From the UHGV virus genome UHGV-1536779: a stretch of DNA of 36,133 nucleotides. One strand, 5' to 3'. This document shows positions 7,248-14,941 of this stretch, in pieces; position 1 is the stretch's first letter; every line of letters begins with the position of its first letter. This DNA comes from a virus. The position numbers were made by a program, and so were the translations under genes. Under the pieces are notes generated by a model. It worked only from the letters and a program-made list of their open reading frames with translations, was not told the origin of the DNA and ran no database searches.

Positions 7248-8087
7248 ATGCAGTCAGCATCAGATGGATTTTCAAAAATGATTAAAACGTTGCTTTATAT
7301 TACACCTGATCCATGTCCAGAGTGCGGAGGAAATCTTTATGCTTGGCGTGCAAAAAACAAAGATGGGTCCGATAGGTGTCCGCCAACTTGCATGGAATGT
7401 GGCTATAAAGCACGCAAAAAAGCAGAAGACCTTGAAACAGAGAAAATGTTTAACGATAGTTTGAAAGCCAGAGCGATTAATTACTTGAAGTACAGCTCTC
7501 TTTATACCGACAAAAATTTAATTAATTGTCGCTTTAAAACTTACAAAACAGTAGACACAGAAACCAAGCTTGCTTTTGAAATTGCTAAACGAGCTACAAC
7601 TGAAATTCTTTTGAATAAACCAATTCATATGATTCTTTCAGGCAAAAGCGGTGTTGGTAAAAGTCATTTGGCTATGTCAACTGCTTGGGAAGTGTTGGAG
7701 AAATCAAACTATGATAAACGCTGCTTATTTATTAGTTATGCGGAACTCTTAGAACAGCTAAAATTTGCGATGAAAGATGAACAAGTCAGAAAGACAATAA
7801 CAGGAACCTTAATGGCAGAGATTAAAAGCGCTGATTTAGTTGTTTTGGACGACTTAGGGGCCGAGTTAGGCGTTAAAGGGAATGACAGTACCAACTTTAA
7901 TAATGACACCTTAAATCGCATTGTAGAAGCTCGGCAGAATAAAGCAACAGTATTTACAACGAACTTAACAGGTAAAGAAATGAGCCAAGCTTATGGGGAG
8001 AGAATCCTTTCTCGCATCATGAGTAATTCACAAGGTTTTGTGATGAAAATTGAGGGAACATCGGATAAGCGAGTATCAGGTATCTAA
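7248..8087 (+). CDS. DnaC/IstB-like AAA+ helicase loader with N-terminal Cys4 zinc finger
   Basis: Walker A (GKSGVGKSHLA) and Walker B (LVVLDDLGAE). N-terminal CPECGG...CPPTCMECG. Confidence 0.75.
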   Translation: MQSASDGFSKMIKTLLYITPDPCPECGGNLYAWRAKNKDGSDRCPPTCMECGYKARKKAEDLETEKMFNDSLKARAINYLKYSSLYTDKNLINCRFKTYKTVDTETKLAFEIAKRATTEILLNKPIHMILSGKSGVGKSHLAMSTAWEVLEKSNYDKRCLFISYAELLEQLKFAMKDEQVRKTITGTLMAEIKSADLVVLDDLGAELGVKGNDSTNFNNDTLNRIVEARQNKATVFTTNLTGKEMSQAYGERILSRIMSNSQGFVMKIEGTSDKRVSGI

Positions 8088-8226
8088 AATGTTATTTTTA
8101 GCGAATATATTCAGCGTAGGGAAGTTTTACAATCAAGCGAATATAAATAGATGTAAAGAAAGAAAAACGGCTTAAAACGCATTTTAAAGCCTTAAAAATA
8201 AATCGATAGAAAGGGGCTAAATAAGA

Positions 8227-8394
8227 ATGAAGTGTGTTAGATGTCAAGATCAGCGTGTGATTTGGGGCAAAGACAGATTTAATTATGCAACACCTATTCC
8301 ATGTCCAGGATGCAACAAAGATGGAAAAGCAGTTCGAGCGGAAACCGCAACCAAGGAAAGGGAGTTAAAACAATGCAATCACCAACAGCCCTGA
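8227..8394 (+). CDS. Small Zn-ribbon protein (55 aa), not in the ORF track
   Basis: AAAGGGG RBS. Translates to MKCVRCQDQRVIWGKDRFNYATPIPCPGCNKDGKAV..., with CxxC...CPGC. Confidence 0.35.
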   Translation: MKCVRCQDQRVIWGKDRFNYATPIPCPGCNKDGKAVRAETATKERELKQCNHQQP

Positions 8395-8837
8395 ATAAGC
8401 GAGGAAATAAAGTCACACTTGATGGATATATATTTGACTCGGAAAAAGAAGCAAAGTTTTATCAGCGATTTGTCAAAACGTGTGGTCTGCCTTTTGAAGT
8501 ACACCCAAGATTTATAATGCACGAGAAGTGCGAAATACCAGGAGGGAACATTTCGAGCATTGCCTATTCACCAGATTTTATCATCAAGGATCACGATGGC
8601 AATTGGCTACATGTGATCGATATAAAAAATAGTTTTGGTGCCTATGGCATTGATCAATCAAATAAGCTTAGATTTAGACTGTTTGCCATGAAATATGGTC
8701 ATCCAGTCGAGGCGGTTGTTATTAGGTCAAATGATTTTAAAGTCATTACACAAGGCGTAACTAAGCCGCTTAATGAGAAAAAACCATTCATCACAAATAA
8801 TTTTAATTATCACTGGCGACAAGCCACAAACTACTAG
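8373..8837 (+). CDS. DUF1064-family PD-(D/E)XK nuclease (putative Holliday-junction resolvase)
   Basis: Start at the ATG after GGAAAGGGAG. The pattern KVTLDGYIFDSEKEAKFYQ ... SPDFII ... HVIDIK ... KLRFRLFAMKY matches the DUF1064 family of staphylococcal phages as recalled from memory. The 8301 start in the ORF track has no RBS. Confidence 0.55.
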   Translation: MQSPTALNKRGNKVTLDGYIFDSEKEAKFYQRFVKTCGLPFEVHPRFIMHEKCEIPGGNISSIAYSPDFIIKDHDGNWLHVIDIKNSFGAYGIDQSNKLRFRLFAMKYGHPVEAVVIRSNDFKVITQGVTKPLNEKKPFITNNFNYHWRQATNY

Positions 8838-8848
8838 GAGGTTTTACC

Positions 8849-9454
8849 ATGACAAAACAAGTAAATTTCAGACCAGAAGTAAAGAAAGTGACATCTAAAT
8901 CAAACGGAAATATCGAAGTGCTATTAGTGGTTAGCAACGCTTCATTAAAAGGGAAATATGAGAGTTTAAACGAATTTTTAGGCAAAACAGTATCAACAAC
9001 CATCGAACCAGAAACAGTAGAATACAAGATACCAGTTAACAAACAGACCAATAAACCAAATGTCGAATACGTTGTAAATAACGACGGAACAGTTGAAGTT
9101 CTAAAAGAGGAACAAACTTCTTTAGAAATGGGCGATGATGTGCAAGAAGTCGAAGAAGTTGCTGTGCAAGTATCGAAAGAAACTATTGACGAATTCATCA
9201 AGAAGGCAACGACTATCGAATGGCCAGAATCAGTAACAATCAACGTTCGTGGCGTGTTGCATCGAATCGATGAAGGGGAAGCGCTAGAAGAAATTGCAGC
9301 TGATCATGATGTTTCAGTTGATAATCTAATCAATCAAGTAGAAATCGCACGCCAACATTTTGCACCGTTTGCAGATTCTTGGAGCAAAAACAAAGAGAAC
9401 ATCATTTTCCCTGAAAAGACAGTTGAAGATGATGAAGAAGAAATCGAAGAATAA
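8849..9454 (+). CDS. Hypothetical acidic protein
   Basis: 201 aa. Strong GGAGG RBS. D/E-rich C-terminus. Confidence 0.6.
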   Translation: MTKQVNFRPEVKKVTSKSNGNIEVLLVVSNASLKGKYESLNEFLGKTVSTTIEPETVEYKIPVNKQTNKPNVEYVVNNDGTVEVLKEEQTSLEMGDDVQEVEEVAVQVSKETIDEFIKKATTIEWPESVTINVRGVLHRIDEGEALEEIAADHDVSVDNLINQVEIARQHFAPFADSWSKNKENIIFPEKTVEDDEEEIEE

Positions 9455-9469
9455 TCTCGTAGAAAGTGA

Positions 9470-9676
9470 GTGTTCATTTTGCTTGAGATTTATTATACGC
9501 CAACATCCGCAATAATTGCGGATGCATTGGCTAAAACATATGAGGTCGTTTCTTTAGACAAAGCTAGAAATATTGCCAAGAAATTTAAGGCTAGTTTAAA
9601 GCAGAAAACTGACCTTTATGTGATTGAGGGAATTTTGATTGATGCTGGTTATAAAAAAGAGCCAGTGAATTTGTGA
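9470..9676 (+). CDS. Hypothetical protein
   Basis: 68 aa. GTG start. Confidence 0.45.
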   Translation: MFILLEIYYTPTSAIIADALAKTYEVVSLDKARNIAKKFKASLKQKTDLYVIEGILIDAGYKKEPVNL

Positions 9677-10473
9677 GGAAGGAGTGGAGGTTTGGTCGAC
9701 CACAAAGAATTCTTTACTCCTTTGAAATTATGATAGTATGGGCACTATTTGATAGTGGGAACGGGTGTTATAAACGTTCTGCACAAAAGTTTGAAGATAT
9801 AGAAATATACAGCATAGGTTTGGATATTGAAAACAAGAATGACCATTTTATTCATCTGAATTTAGCGGACTATTCTTATATGTTTAATGATAATAAATTA
9901 TTCAAAGTTTTAGACAAATTACCTAAGCCAGATTTAATCATTGCAAGCCCACCGTGCGAAAGCTGGTCAGTAGCTAGTGCAATGAAAAATGGTAATGCTT
10001 GTTGGAAAAGAGAAGATGTAACAGATAATTTATTTGCACCACAGATATTACCAAGCCCGTTTACTATAAGAACCACAAAAGATTACGAAGATACTAATTA
10101 TGTTTATGAACGACAATTTTTAAAAAGAGTGAATGGTGAGTTAACGGTTTTTAATACTATAAAAATTATAAAAAAGTACCAACCCAGATATTTCATTATT
10201 GAGAACCCGGCTAATGGTAAAATTTGGGAATATATTGAAGATGTCTTGAATTTTAAACTACCATTTAAAAATTTAACCAGGTATAACAATTATGATTATC
10301 CATTACAGAAGCCCACGAAATTTGCCAGTAATATTCATTTGGGATTGAAAAATAAAGTTATTAAACAAGAAATTGCCTGGGGCAATTTTTCCAAAAGCTA
10401 TAATGAACGATCAAATATTCCAGAAAAATTAGTCGATGACATATTTAAAAAAGTTTTAGAGAAAAATAAATAG
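9673..10473 (+). CDS. DNA cytosine-5 methyltransferase-like protein (compact, orphan)
   Basis: C5-MTase motif I-like (LFDSGNG), motif IV (DLIIASPPCESWSVA, containing the PC dipeptide) and motif VI-like (FIIENPANG). Only about 250-266 aa, so the target-recognition region is very short. No restriction partner is present. Confidence 0.55.
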   Translation: MRKEWRFGRPQRILYSFEIMIVWALFDSGNGCYKRSAQKFEDIEIYSIGLDIENKNDHFIHLNLADYSYMFNDNKLFKVLDKLPKPDLIIASPPCESWSVASAMKNGNACWKREDVTDNLFAPQILPSPFTIRTTKDYEDTNYVYERQFLKRVNGELTVFNTIKIIKKYQPRYFIIENPANGKIWEYIEDVLNFKLPFKNLTRYNNYDYPLQKPTKFASNIHLGLKNKVIKQEIAWGNFSKSYNERSNIPEKLVDDIFKKVLEKNK

Positions 10474-10489
10474 AAAGGAGTGGGAGATT

Positions 10490-10512
10490 TGCGGCCGCAT
10501 AAAAAGCTTTTT
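10490..10512. repeat. Adjacent perfect palindromes TGCGGCCGCA (contains the GC-only octamer GCGGCCGC) and AAAAAGCTTTTT
   Basis: Read directly from the sequence. An 8-bp all-GC palindrome is very unexpected in this AT-rich DNA. Lies between the C5-MTase-like gene and the next ORF. Confidence 0.5.
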
Positions 10513-10526
10513 GCTCCTTTGGAATT

Positions 10527-11180
10527 ATGAAATTAACAACAGAAAAAATAAATGAACTGCTAGGTGTTGATGATGCCTACAAAGCGCCAGAAGCGCTCAT
10601 GAATATATTACTAAGTCGCGATAAACGAGAAATCGTGTTTAACAAATTTTTAGAAATAGAAAAAGATTTAACTTTCGATTGGTTTCACGAATATTTTCAA
10701 GACGAACATGCTGATCGGAAAGTTAAGAAGCAAGATTTTACGCCAAATTCAATTGGGGAAGTGATTGCAAAAATCGTAGGACCTGGAAGTGGATTGACAC
10801 ATGAAGTAGCTTCTGGGACAGGTGGAATGATCATACAAAAATGGCGAGCAGACAGACTATCTATTGGTTTTTTTGAATATAAACCATCAATGACTTTTTA
10901 CGATTTAGAGGAGTTATCTGATAGAACCATTCCGTTCCTGCTGTTCAATCTTGCTATTCGTGGAATGAACGCCACCGTAGTCCACGGTGATTCCCTAGAC
11001 AGAAAAATAAAACAGATTTACTTTTTACAAAATTCAAAAGATGATTCGTTGGCTTTTAGCGATGTAAATGTTATGCCGCACAGCGATGTGGTCACAAGAG
11101 AGTTTCAAGTCAGAGAATGGCTGGAAGAAGCTATTAATCACATTGAAAGTCCCAGCGTGTTAGGAGGAGAAAACGAATGA
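10527..11180 (+). CDS. N6-adenine-MTase-like (HsdM-type N-terminal / SAM-binding) domain protein lacking the NPPF/Y catalytic motif
   Basis: FTPNSIGEVIAKIV resembles the HsdM FxTP motif. EVASGTGGM resembles the AdoMet motif I (DPACGSGG). TVVHGDSL resembles the HsdM GDTL block. No N-P-P-F/Y/W follows before the stop at 217 aa. Confidence 0.45.
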   Translation: MKLTTEKINELLGVDDAYKAPEALMNILLSRDKREIVFNKFLEIEKDLTFDWFHEYFQDEHADRKVKKQDFTPNSIGEVIAKIVGPGSGLTHEVASGTGGMIIQKWRADRLSIGFFEYKPSMTFYDLEELSDRTIPFLLFNLAIRGMNATVVHGDSLDRKIKQIYFLQNSKDDSLAFSDVNVMPHSDVVTREFQVREWLEEAINHIESPSVLGGENE

Positions 11181-12121
11181 CAAAACGTCCCAGACTTTTT
11201 GCTGGCTATTTTTTAGAATGGATTGAAACTTACAAAGTCGGCGCAATTAGAGATATCTCAGTTAGTAAATATTATATAGCCCACAAACACCTTACTGAAA
11301 TTTGCCCTGATTTAACGATAGATAAATTAGATAGAAAGGCTTATCAAAGTATTCTTAATGAATACGCTCTGACACATGAGCGGCAGACAACAATGGATTT
11401 CCATCACCAAATTGGCAGCTGTGTAAGAGATATGTATCACGAAGGACTAATTAAACGTGATCCAACCTACAAAGCGATTATCAAAGGAATACCGCCGAGA
11501 CCAAAAAAGAAAAAATTCCTGCAAAAAGGCGAACTACAAAAGCTGTTGAGATCACTAGAACTTGGCGAAGGGATAAATATGGATTGGTTCATTTTACTGG
11601 TTGCAAAAACAGGAATGCGCTTTGCGGAAGCCATTGCGTTAACACCAGCTGATTTTGATTGGACCAGAAATACCGTCAGCATTAATAAAACATTGAACTA
11701 CAAAAATTCTACAATGTTTTTTCAGGATACGAAAAACAAAAGTTCTGTTAGAACAATAAGCATTGATTGGCAGATAGTTGGTCAGTTTAAACCGCTCATT
11801 GAAAATTTACCTCAAGATGAATTGATTTTTGTAAATCGAGATGAAAAGACAGGCAAATATAAACGAATTTTCAATTCAACATACAATTCCCACCTGATCA
11901 GAAAATGCAAAGAATCAGGAATCACTGTCATCACAATGCACGGACTTAGACATACACATGCAAGTATTTTACTCGCTGACGGGGTGTCAACTCATAGCAT
12001 AGCTAAACGTCTAGGTCATTCAAGCGTGACTACTACTCAAGAAACATACATGCATATCATTGATGAATTGCAGAGTAAAGATGATGAAAAGATTCTTGGT
12101 GCATTGATGCAACTTTCCTAG
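11177..12121 (+). CDS. Tyrosine recombinase (phage-integrase family), complete
   Basis: N-terminal SAM-like domain. Catalytic region with Arg box (KTGMRFAEA), HGLRHTHAS (HxxR) and catalytic Tyr (TQETYMHI). ATGA overlap with the upstream ORF. Strong AGGAGGAG RBS. Confidence 0.85.
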   Translation: MTKRPRLFAGYFLEWIETYKVGAIRDISVSKYYIAHKHLTEICPDLTIDKLDRKAYQSILNEYALTHERQTTMDFHHQIGSCVRDMYHEGLIKRDPTYKAIIKGIPPRPKKKKFLQKGELQKLLRSLELGEGINMDWFILLVAKTGMRFAEAIALTPADFDWTRNTVSINKTLNYKNSTMFFQDTKNKSSVRTISIDWQIVGQFKPLIENLPQDELIFVNRDEKTGKYKRIFNSTYNSHLIRKCKESGITVITMHGLRHTHASILLADGVSTHSIAKRLGHSSVTTTQETYMHIIDELQSKDDEKILGALMQLS

Positions 12122-12133
12122 TGTGGTGATTTC

Positions 12134-12703
12134 ATGTATAGAAAATGGACAGAAGACGAACTAGTGTATTTAGAGTATTTCGTTTTTGAAAACGACACTC
12201 AGCTAATTGAAGCTTCTAAGTACTTGGACAGAAGCATCAATGCGATTAGAAAAAAATTGTGCAAAATGCGAAAAGAAGATGATTTTAGATGCTACATGCA
12301 CCGTCTATGGTCTGAAAAAGAGGATGAGTTCTTAAAAAAGCACTATCTATCTATGAAAAATAAGCATATAGCTGATAGGTTAAATCGTACAGTTGGAGCT
12401 GTTGAGTTTAGGGCTAAAAAATTAGGGCTGACAAAGCACAAGAAGATTAAAGAGCTAGATACAGAAATCCGACGTTTGATTGACGAAGATTACTACCTCA
12501 GCCAAATATGCACAAAATTAAACATTAAGATGTCGTCTCTAATCGCACATTGCCAACGTGAAAAAATCCCCTATAAAAAAATGCCTAGGACCGAATATAA
12601 AAATTATGGGAACCACATCTGGAATGTGCAAGATAAAGTGAGATTTCAAGAATATTTAAGTAAACAAGAATCGAAAGCGAGTGAAGAAGATGTCTCTAAC
12701 TGA
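12134..12703 (+). CDS. Myb/SANT-like triple-repeat putative DNA-binding protein
   Basis: Three roughly 40-aa repeats of the W-(S/T)-E-x-E-D-x-x-L ... (I/L)A-x-x-L-x-R-(S/T) type (WTEDELVYL..., WSEKEDEFL..., LDTEIRRLI...). GTGGTGA RBS. Confidence 0.45.
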   Translation: MYRKWTEDELVYLEYFVFENDTQLIEASKYLDRSINAIRKKLCKMRKEDDFRCYMHRLWSEKEDEFLKKHYLSMKNKHIADRLNRTVGAVEFRAKKLGLTKHKKIKELDTEIRRLIDEDYYLSQICTKLNIKMSSLIAHCQREKIPYKKMPRTEYKNYGNHIWNVQDKVRFQEYLSKQESKASEEDVSN

Positions 12704-12781
12704 AGAACTAAAAAAATTCATGAAGGAGTTTAAGCGAAGTAGCAAATGTCAAAGTATCAGAGATGTTGATCAGGAGGAATA

Positions 12782-13024
12782 GTGATGTTCAAATGTGTAG
12801 CTGTAGTAAATGATTCGACAGGTGAATTTGCATATATACTAAGCGACTATATTTCGAGATTCCCATCAAAGGTTCCTGTATATGCCAAAAATATTGAACT
12901 TATGCAACGATATGGAGAACTTTACAATAACGAGTTATATAAAGTGGAAACGTGCGATGGTTTTTACCATATCGTAAGCTCAGAAAAATATTCGTTTATT
13001 TTCGATGAACAGGAGGAAGCATAA
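12782..13024 (+). CDS. Hypothetical protein
   Basis: 80 aa. GGAGG RBS. Confidence 0.5.
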   Translation: MMFKCVAVVNDSTGEFAYILSDYISRFPSKVPVYAKNIELMQRYGELYNNELYKVETCDGFYHIVSSEKYSFIFDEQEEA

Positions 13025-13114
13025 TGGGAGAAATTGCAGAAATAACGTACATTACAGATTATGCCCAACAAGATGGTTATGTCGTCTTAGGAATTAAGTG
13101 AAAGTAGGTAACTA

Positions 13115-13582
13115 ATGAAAACTGATTTAACCAGACAAGCTGAGAAATGCTTGTGGCACTACACCAACAAAATGGGAGTATTCGGCTGTTTTGAGGTAAC
13201 CATTGGTTGGTTTGGGAAGGAAAGAGTCGACTTCATGACTTATTCTACTGACAACACCATTAGATGCTATGAAATTAAAGTTTCAATGGCAGACTTGAAA
13301 AGTTCTGCAAAGCAAACATTCTTAGGAGATTACAACTATTTAGTAGTCACTAACGAGTTGTGGGAAAAGATTCAAACCAATCCAGATTTAAAATTAAAAT
13401 ATCACAACCAAGGTATTCTAGTTTTTTCTGAACTAAGTCATAATTTAGGCATCACAAGTGTTAAAAAAGCGAAAAAGCAAAATGTAGCATTAGGAACACG
13501 AGCGACAGTTTTAGAAAGTATGGTGCGATCTTTGAATCGAGAAGTTGAGAAATTTTACAAGATAAATCCTTTTTGGGGATAA
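13115..13582 (+). CDS. MmcB-like PD-(D/E)XK nuclease-fold protein
   Basis: ERVDFMTY ... IRCYEIKVSMADLKS ... GDYNYLVV fits the D-x(n)-E-x-K plus YxY pattern of the MmcB/DUF1052-type fold. Assignment is from memory. Confidence 0.4.
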   Translation: MKTDLTRQAEKCLWHYTNKMGVFGCFEVTIGWFGKERVDFMTYSTDNTIRCYEIKVSMADLKSSAKQTFLGDYNYLVVTNELWEKIQTNPDLKLKYHNQGILVFSELSHNLGITSVKKAKKQNVALGTRATVLESMVRSLNREVEKFYKINPFWG

Positions 13583-13660
13583 AAAATAAAAAGCCGGATT
13601 CCTCCGACTGTAATCAATATTCTGGACACGAATATTATACCACAATGGGGGAATCAAAGG

Positions 13661-14128
13661 ATGGTACTTTTTGACGTAAAGAAATATGAAACACCAGATG
13701 CAAAGGATGTAGACATGGAACAAACTAAACATAACGTCAGTGTGTTCCTATCTGCCTATCTTGCTGCTAGATGTCGTGTTGGCCAGCCGAGGGAACCAAA
13801 AGTAACAGCTTCATTCTCTTTGGTTCCACCATCAACGGCCAATAACGTTTTCGAAGCCGAACAAATGTTAATCCAGAAAGAAGAAGCACAAGAAGAGTTT
13901 GATTACCTTCACAAGCTTTTTGTTAGAGGTTATTCTGCGATCCAACATCCGCACAAGCCAGATGTAACCGAGCGAAGAAAAAGAATCTTCTATGATCGAT
14001 ACATCAACGGCAATCCAATCTATCTAGCAGCGCAACGAAACTGTATCAGTGAGGAATCAGTGAAACAAGAATCTAACATGATCATTGTTCAATTTGCTTC
14101 AGCACTAGAACTGGTTGCTTTTAAGTAG
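13661..14128 (+). CDS. ArpU-family phage late-gene transcriptional regulator
   Basis: About 150 aa. C-terminal sigma-70 region-4-like segment (ERRKRIFYDRYINGNPIYLAAQRNCISEESV). Canonical position immediately upstream of the packaging genes. Confidence 0.55.
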   Translation: MVLFDVKKYETPDAKDVDMEQTKHNVSVFLSAYLAARCRVGQPREPKVTASFSLVPPSTANNVFEAEQMLIQKEEAQEEFDYLHKLFVRGYSAIQHPHKPDVTERRKRIFYDRYINGNPIYLAAQRNCISEESVKQESNMIIVQFASALELVAFK

Positions 14129-14348
14129 CCATTTATTACACTTTTTATACCTCTTTTATACACTTTATCTACACTTCATATACCTTCTAAACGAGTTATT
14201 ATGATAGTGTCAAAAAAATAAGAAATGCGACACACTTACACAAATACATTAACGGAACGATTGCCTACTTATTTTTTTGATTTGAGATTACAAGGAAGTA
14301 AAAAAAATCTACTTTCTTCGTTTAGTCACTTGTGATCTCATTTAGATT

Positions 14349-14425
14349 CTCTCGCAAACCACCAATTATAAAACTAAAGAAGTGAGGTGAATTTCCTCTC
14401 TCTTTTTTCTACAGGTTTGCGAGAG
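14349..14425 (+). promoter_or_regulatory. Perfect 12-bp inverted repeat CTCTCGCAAACC / GGTTTGCGAGAG with a 53-nt spacer, abutting the tRNA 5' end
   Basis: Read directly from the sequence. Could form a long-range stem-loop in a tRNA precursor, or a protein-binding dyad. The upstream AT-rich tract also carries TACACT/TATACC direct repeats (14138-14190). Confidence 0.4.
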
Positions 14426-14429
14426 TTAA

Positions 14430-14502
14430 TGGAGCATAGCTTAATCGGTAGAGCAGCGGTCTCCAAAACCGTTGGTATAGGTTCGAATCCTATTGTTCCA
14501 GT
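14430..14502 (+). tRNA. tRNA-Trp (anticodon CCA), phage-encoded
   Basis: Hand-folded cloverleaf. Acceptor TGGAGCA / TGTTCCA with one G-U pair. D-arm GCTT-AATCGGTA-GAGC. Anticodon stem GCGGT / ACCGT. Anticodon loop CTCCAAA, giving anticodon CCA. T-arm ATAGG-TTCGAAT-CCTAT. Closely parallels the B. subtilis tRNA-Trp layout as recalled. Confidence 0.8.
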
Positions 14503-14580
14503 AAGTGGCATAAGCTGCTTAAATAAAATAGATCGTCAATAAATGTTCGGACAAACAAATTGGCGCTACTACCTTTCACG

Positions 14581-14614
14581 AGGACTGCATTTATATGCAG
14601 TCCTTTTTGTTTTA
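14581..14614 (+). terminator. Intrinsic terminator (AGGACTGCA-TTTATA-TGCAGTCCT followed by TTTTTGTTTT)
   Basis: Perfect 9-bp stem followed by a T-tract, downstream of the tRNA-Trp. Confidence 0.8.
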
Positions 14615-14653
14615 AGTGTAGTAGAGTTTTCATTTTGAAAGGGGAAATGTCAA

Positions 14654-14941
14654 ATGGCAAAAGCAAAGAAAGAAGAAGTGCAGGAAACAAAGGCTGCTAA
14701 AAAGAAACCAGCAGTTAAAGAAGTTGAGCAACCTGACGATGTGGAAGTAACTGAAGAACCTGTTGAAGCCAATGAAATTACAACAGGGACTATTAAAGTT
14801 GGTGACCTAACAATTAGTAATGAAGGTATTAAATACGAATCTACTAATGATGAAGCACCACAACCAATTGAACGCCAAACACCATTTGGGGTTGAGGTGT
14901 GGGATCCTATCGAAAAGCGCACCGTGTTGAAAGATGCCTAA
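14654..14941 (+). CDS. Hypothetical Lys-rich / acidic protein
   Basis: 95 aa. GAAAGGGG RBS. First gene of the late operon. Confidence 0.55.
   Translation: MAKAKKEEVQETKAAKKKPAVKEVEQPDDVEVTEEPVEANEITTGTIKVGDLTISNEGIKYESTNDEAPQPIERQTPFGVEVWDPIEKRTVLKDA

Noticed and set aside
8803-9243. Minus-strand ORF of 146 aa antisense to the acidic protein gene. The same applies to other antisense ORFs in the track (4023-4247, 4489-4710, 4949-5152, 5258-5500, 6555-6746, 7736-7921, 9876-10289, 11467-11682, 13511-13732, 14490-14922, 15213-15530, 18301-18573, 18786-18995, 19319-19633, 20033-20236, 21102-21329, 21737-21928, 22129-22520, 23068-23298, 23533-23949, 24262-24465, 25000-25248, 25419-25709, 27527-27757, 32685-32891, 33361-33744, 34131-34361, 35099-35344, 35802-36121)
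   Set aside because: All lie entirely within or antisense to well-supported genes. They lack RBSs, have low-complexity or Ser/Leu-rich compositions typical of antisense frames of AT-rich genes, and fall on the strand opposite a long co-linear operon.
10490-10512. NotI-type octamer followed by a HindIII-centred palindrome as a cloning-vector remnant
   Set aside because: Considered because adjacent restriction-site palindromes can indicate engineered DNA. However, the flanks are native-looking AT-rich phage sequence and both neighbouring genes are intact with proper RBSs. Treated as natural palindromes and reported as a finding instead.
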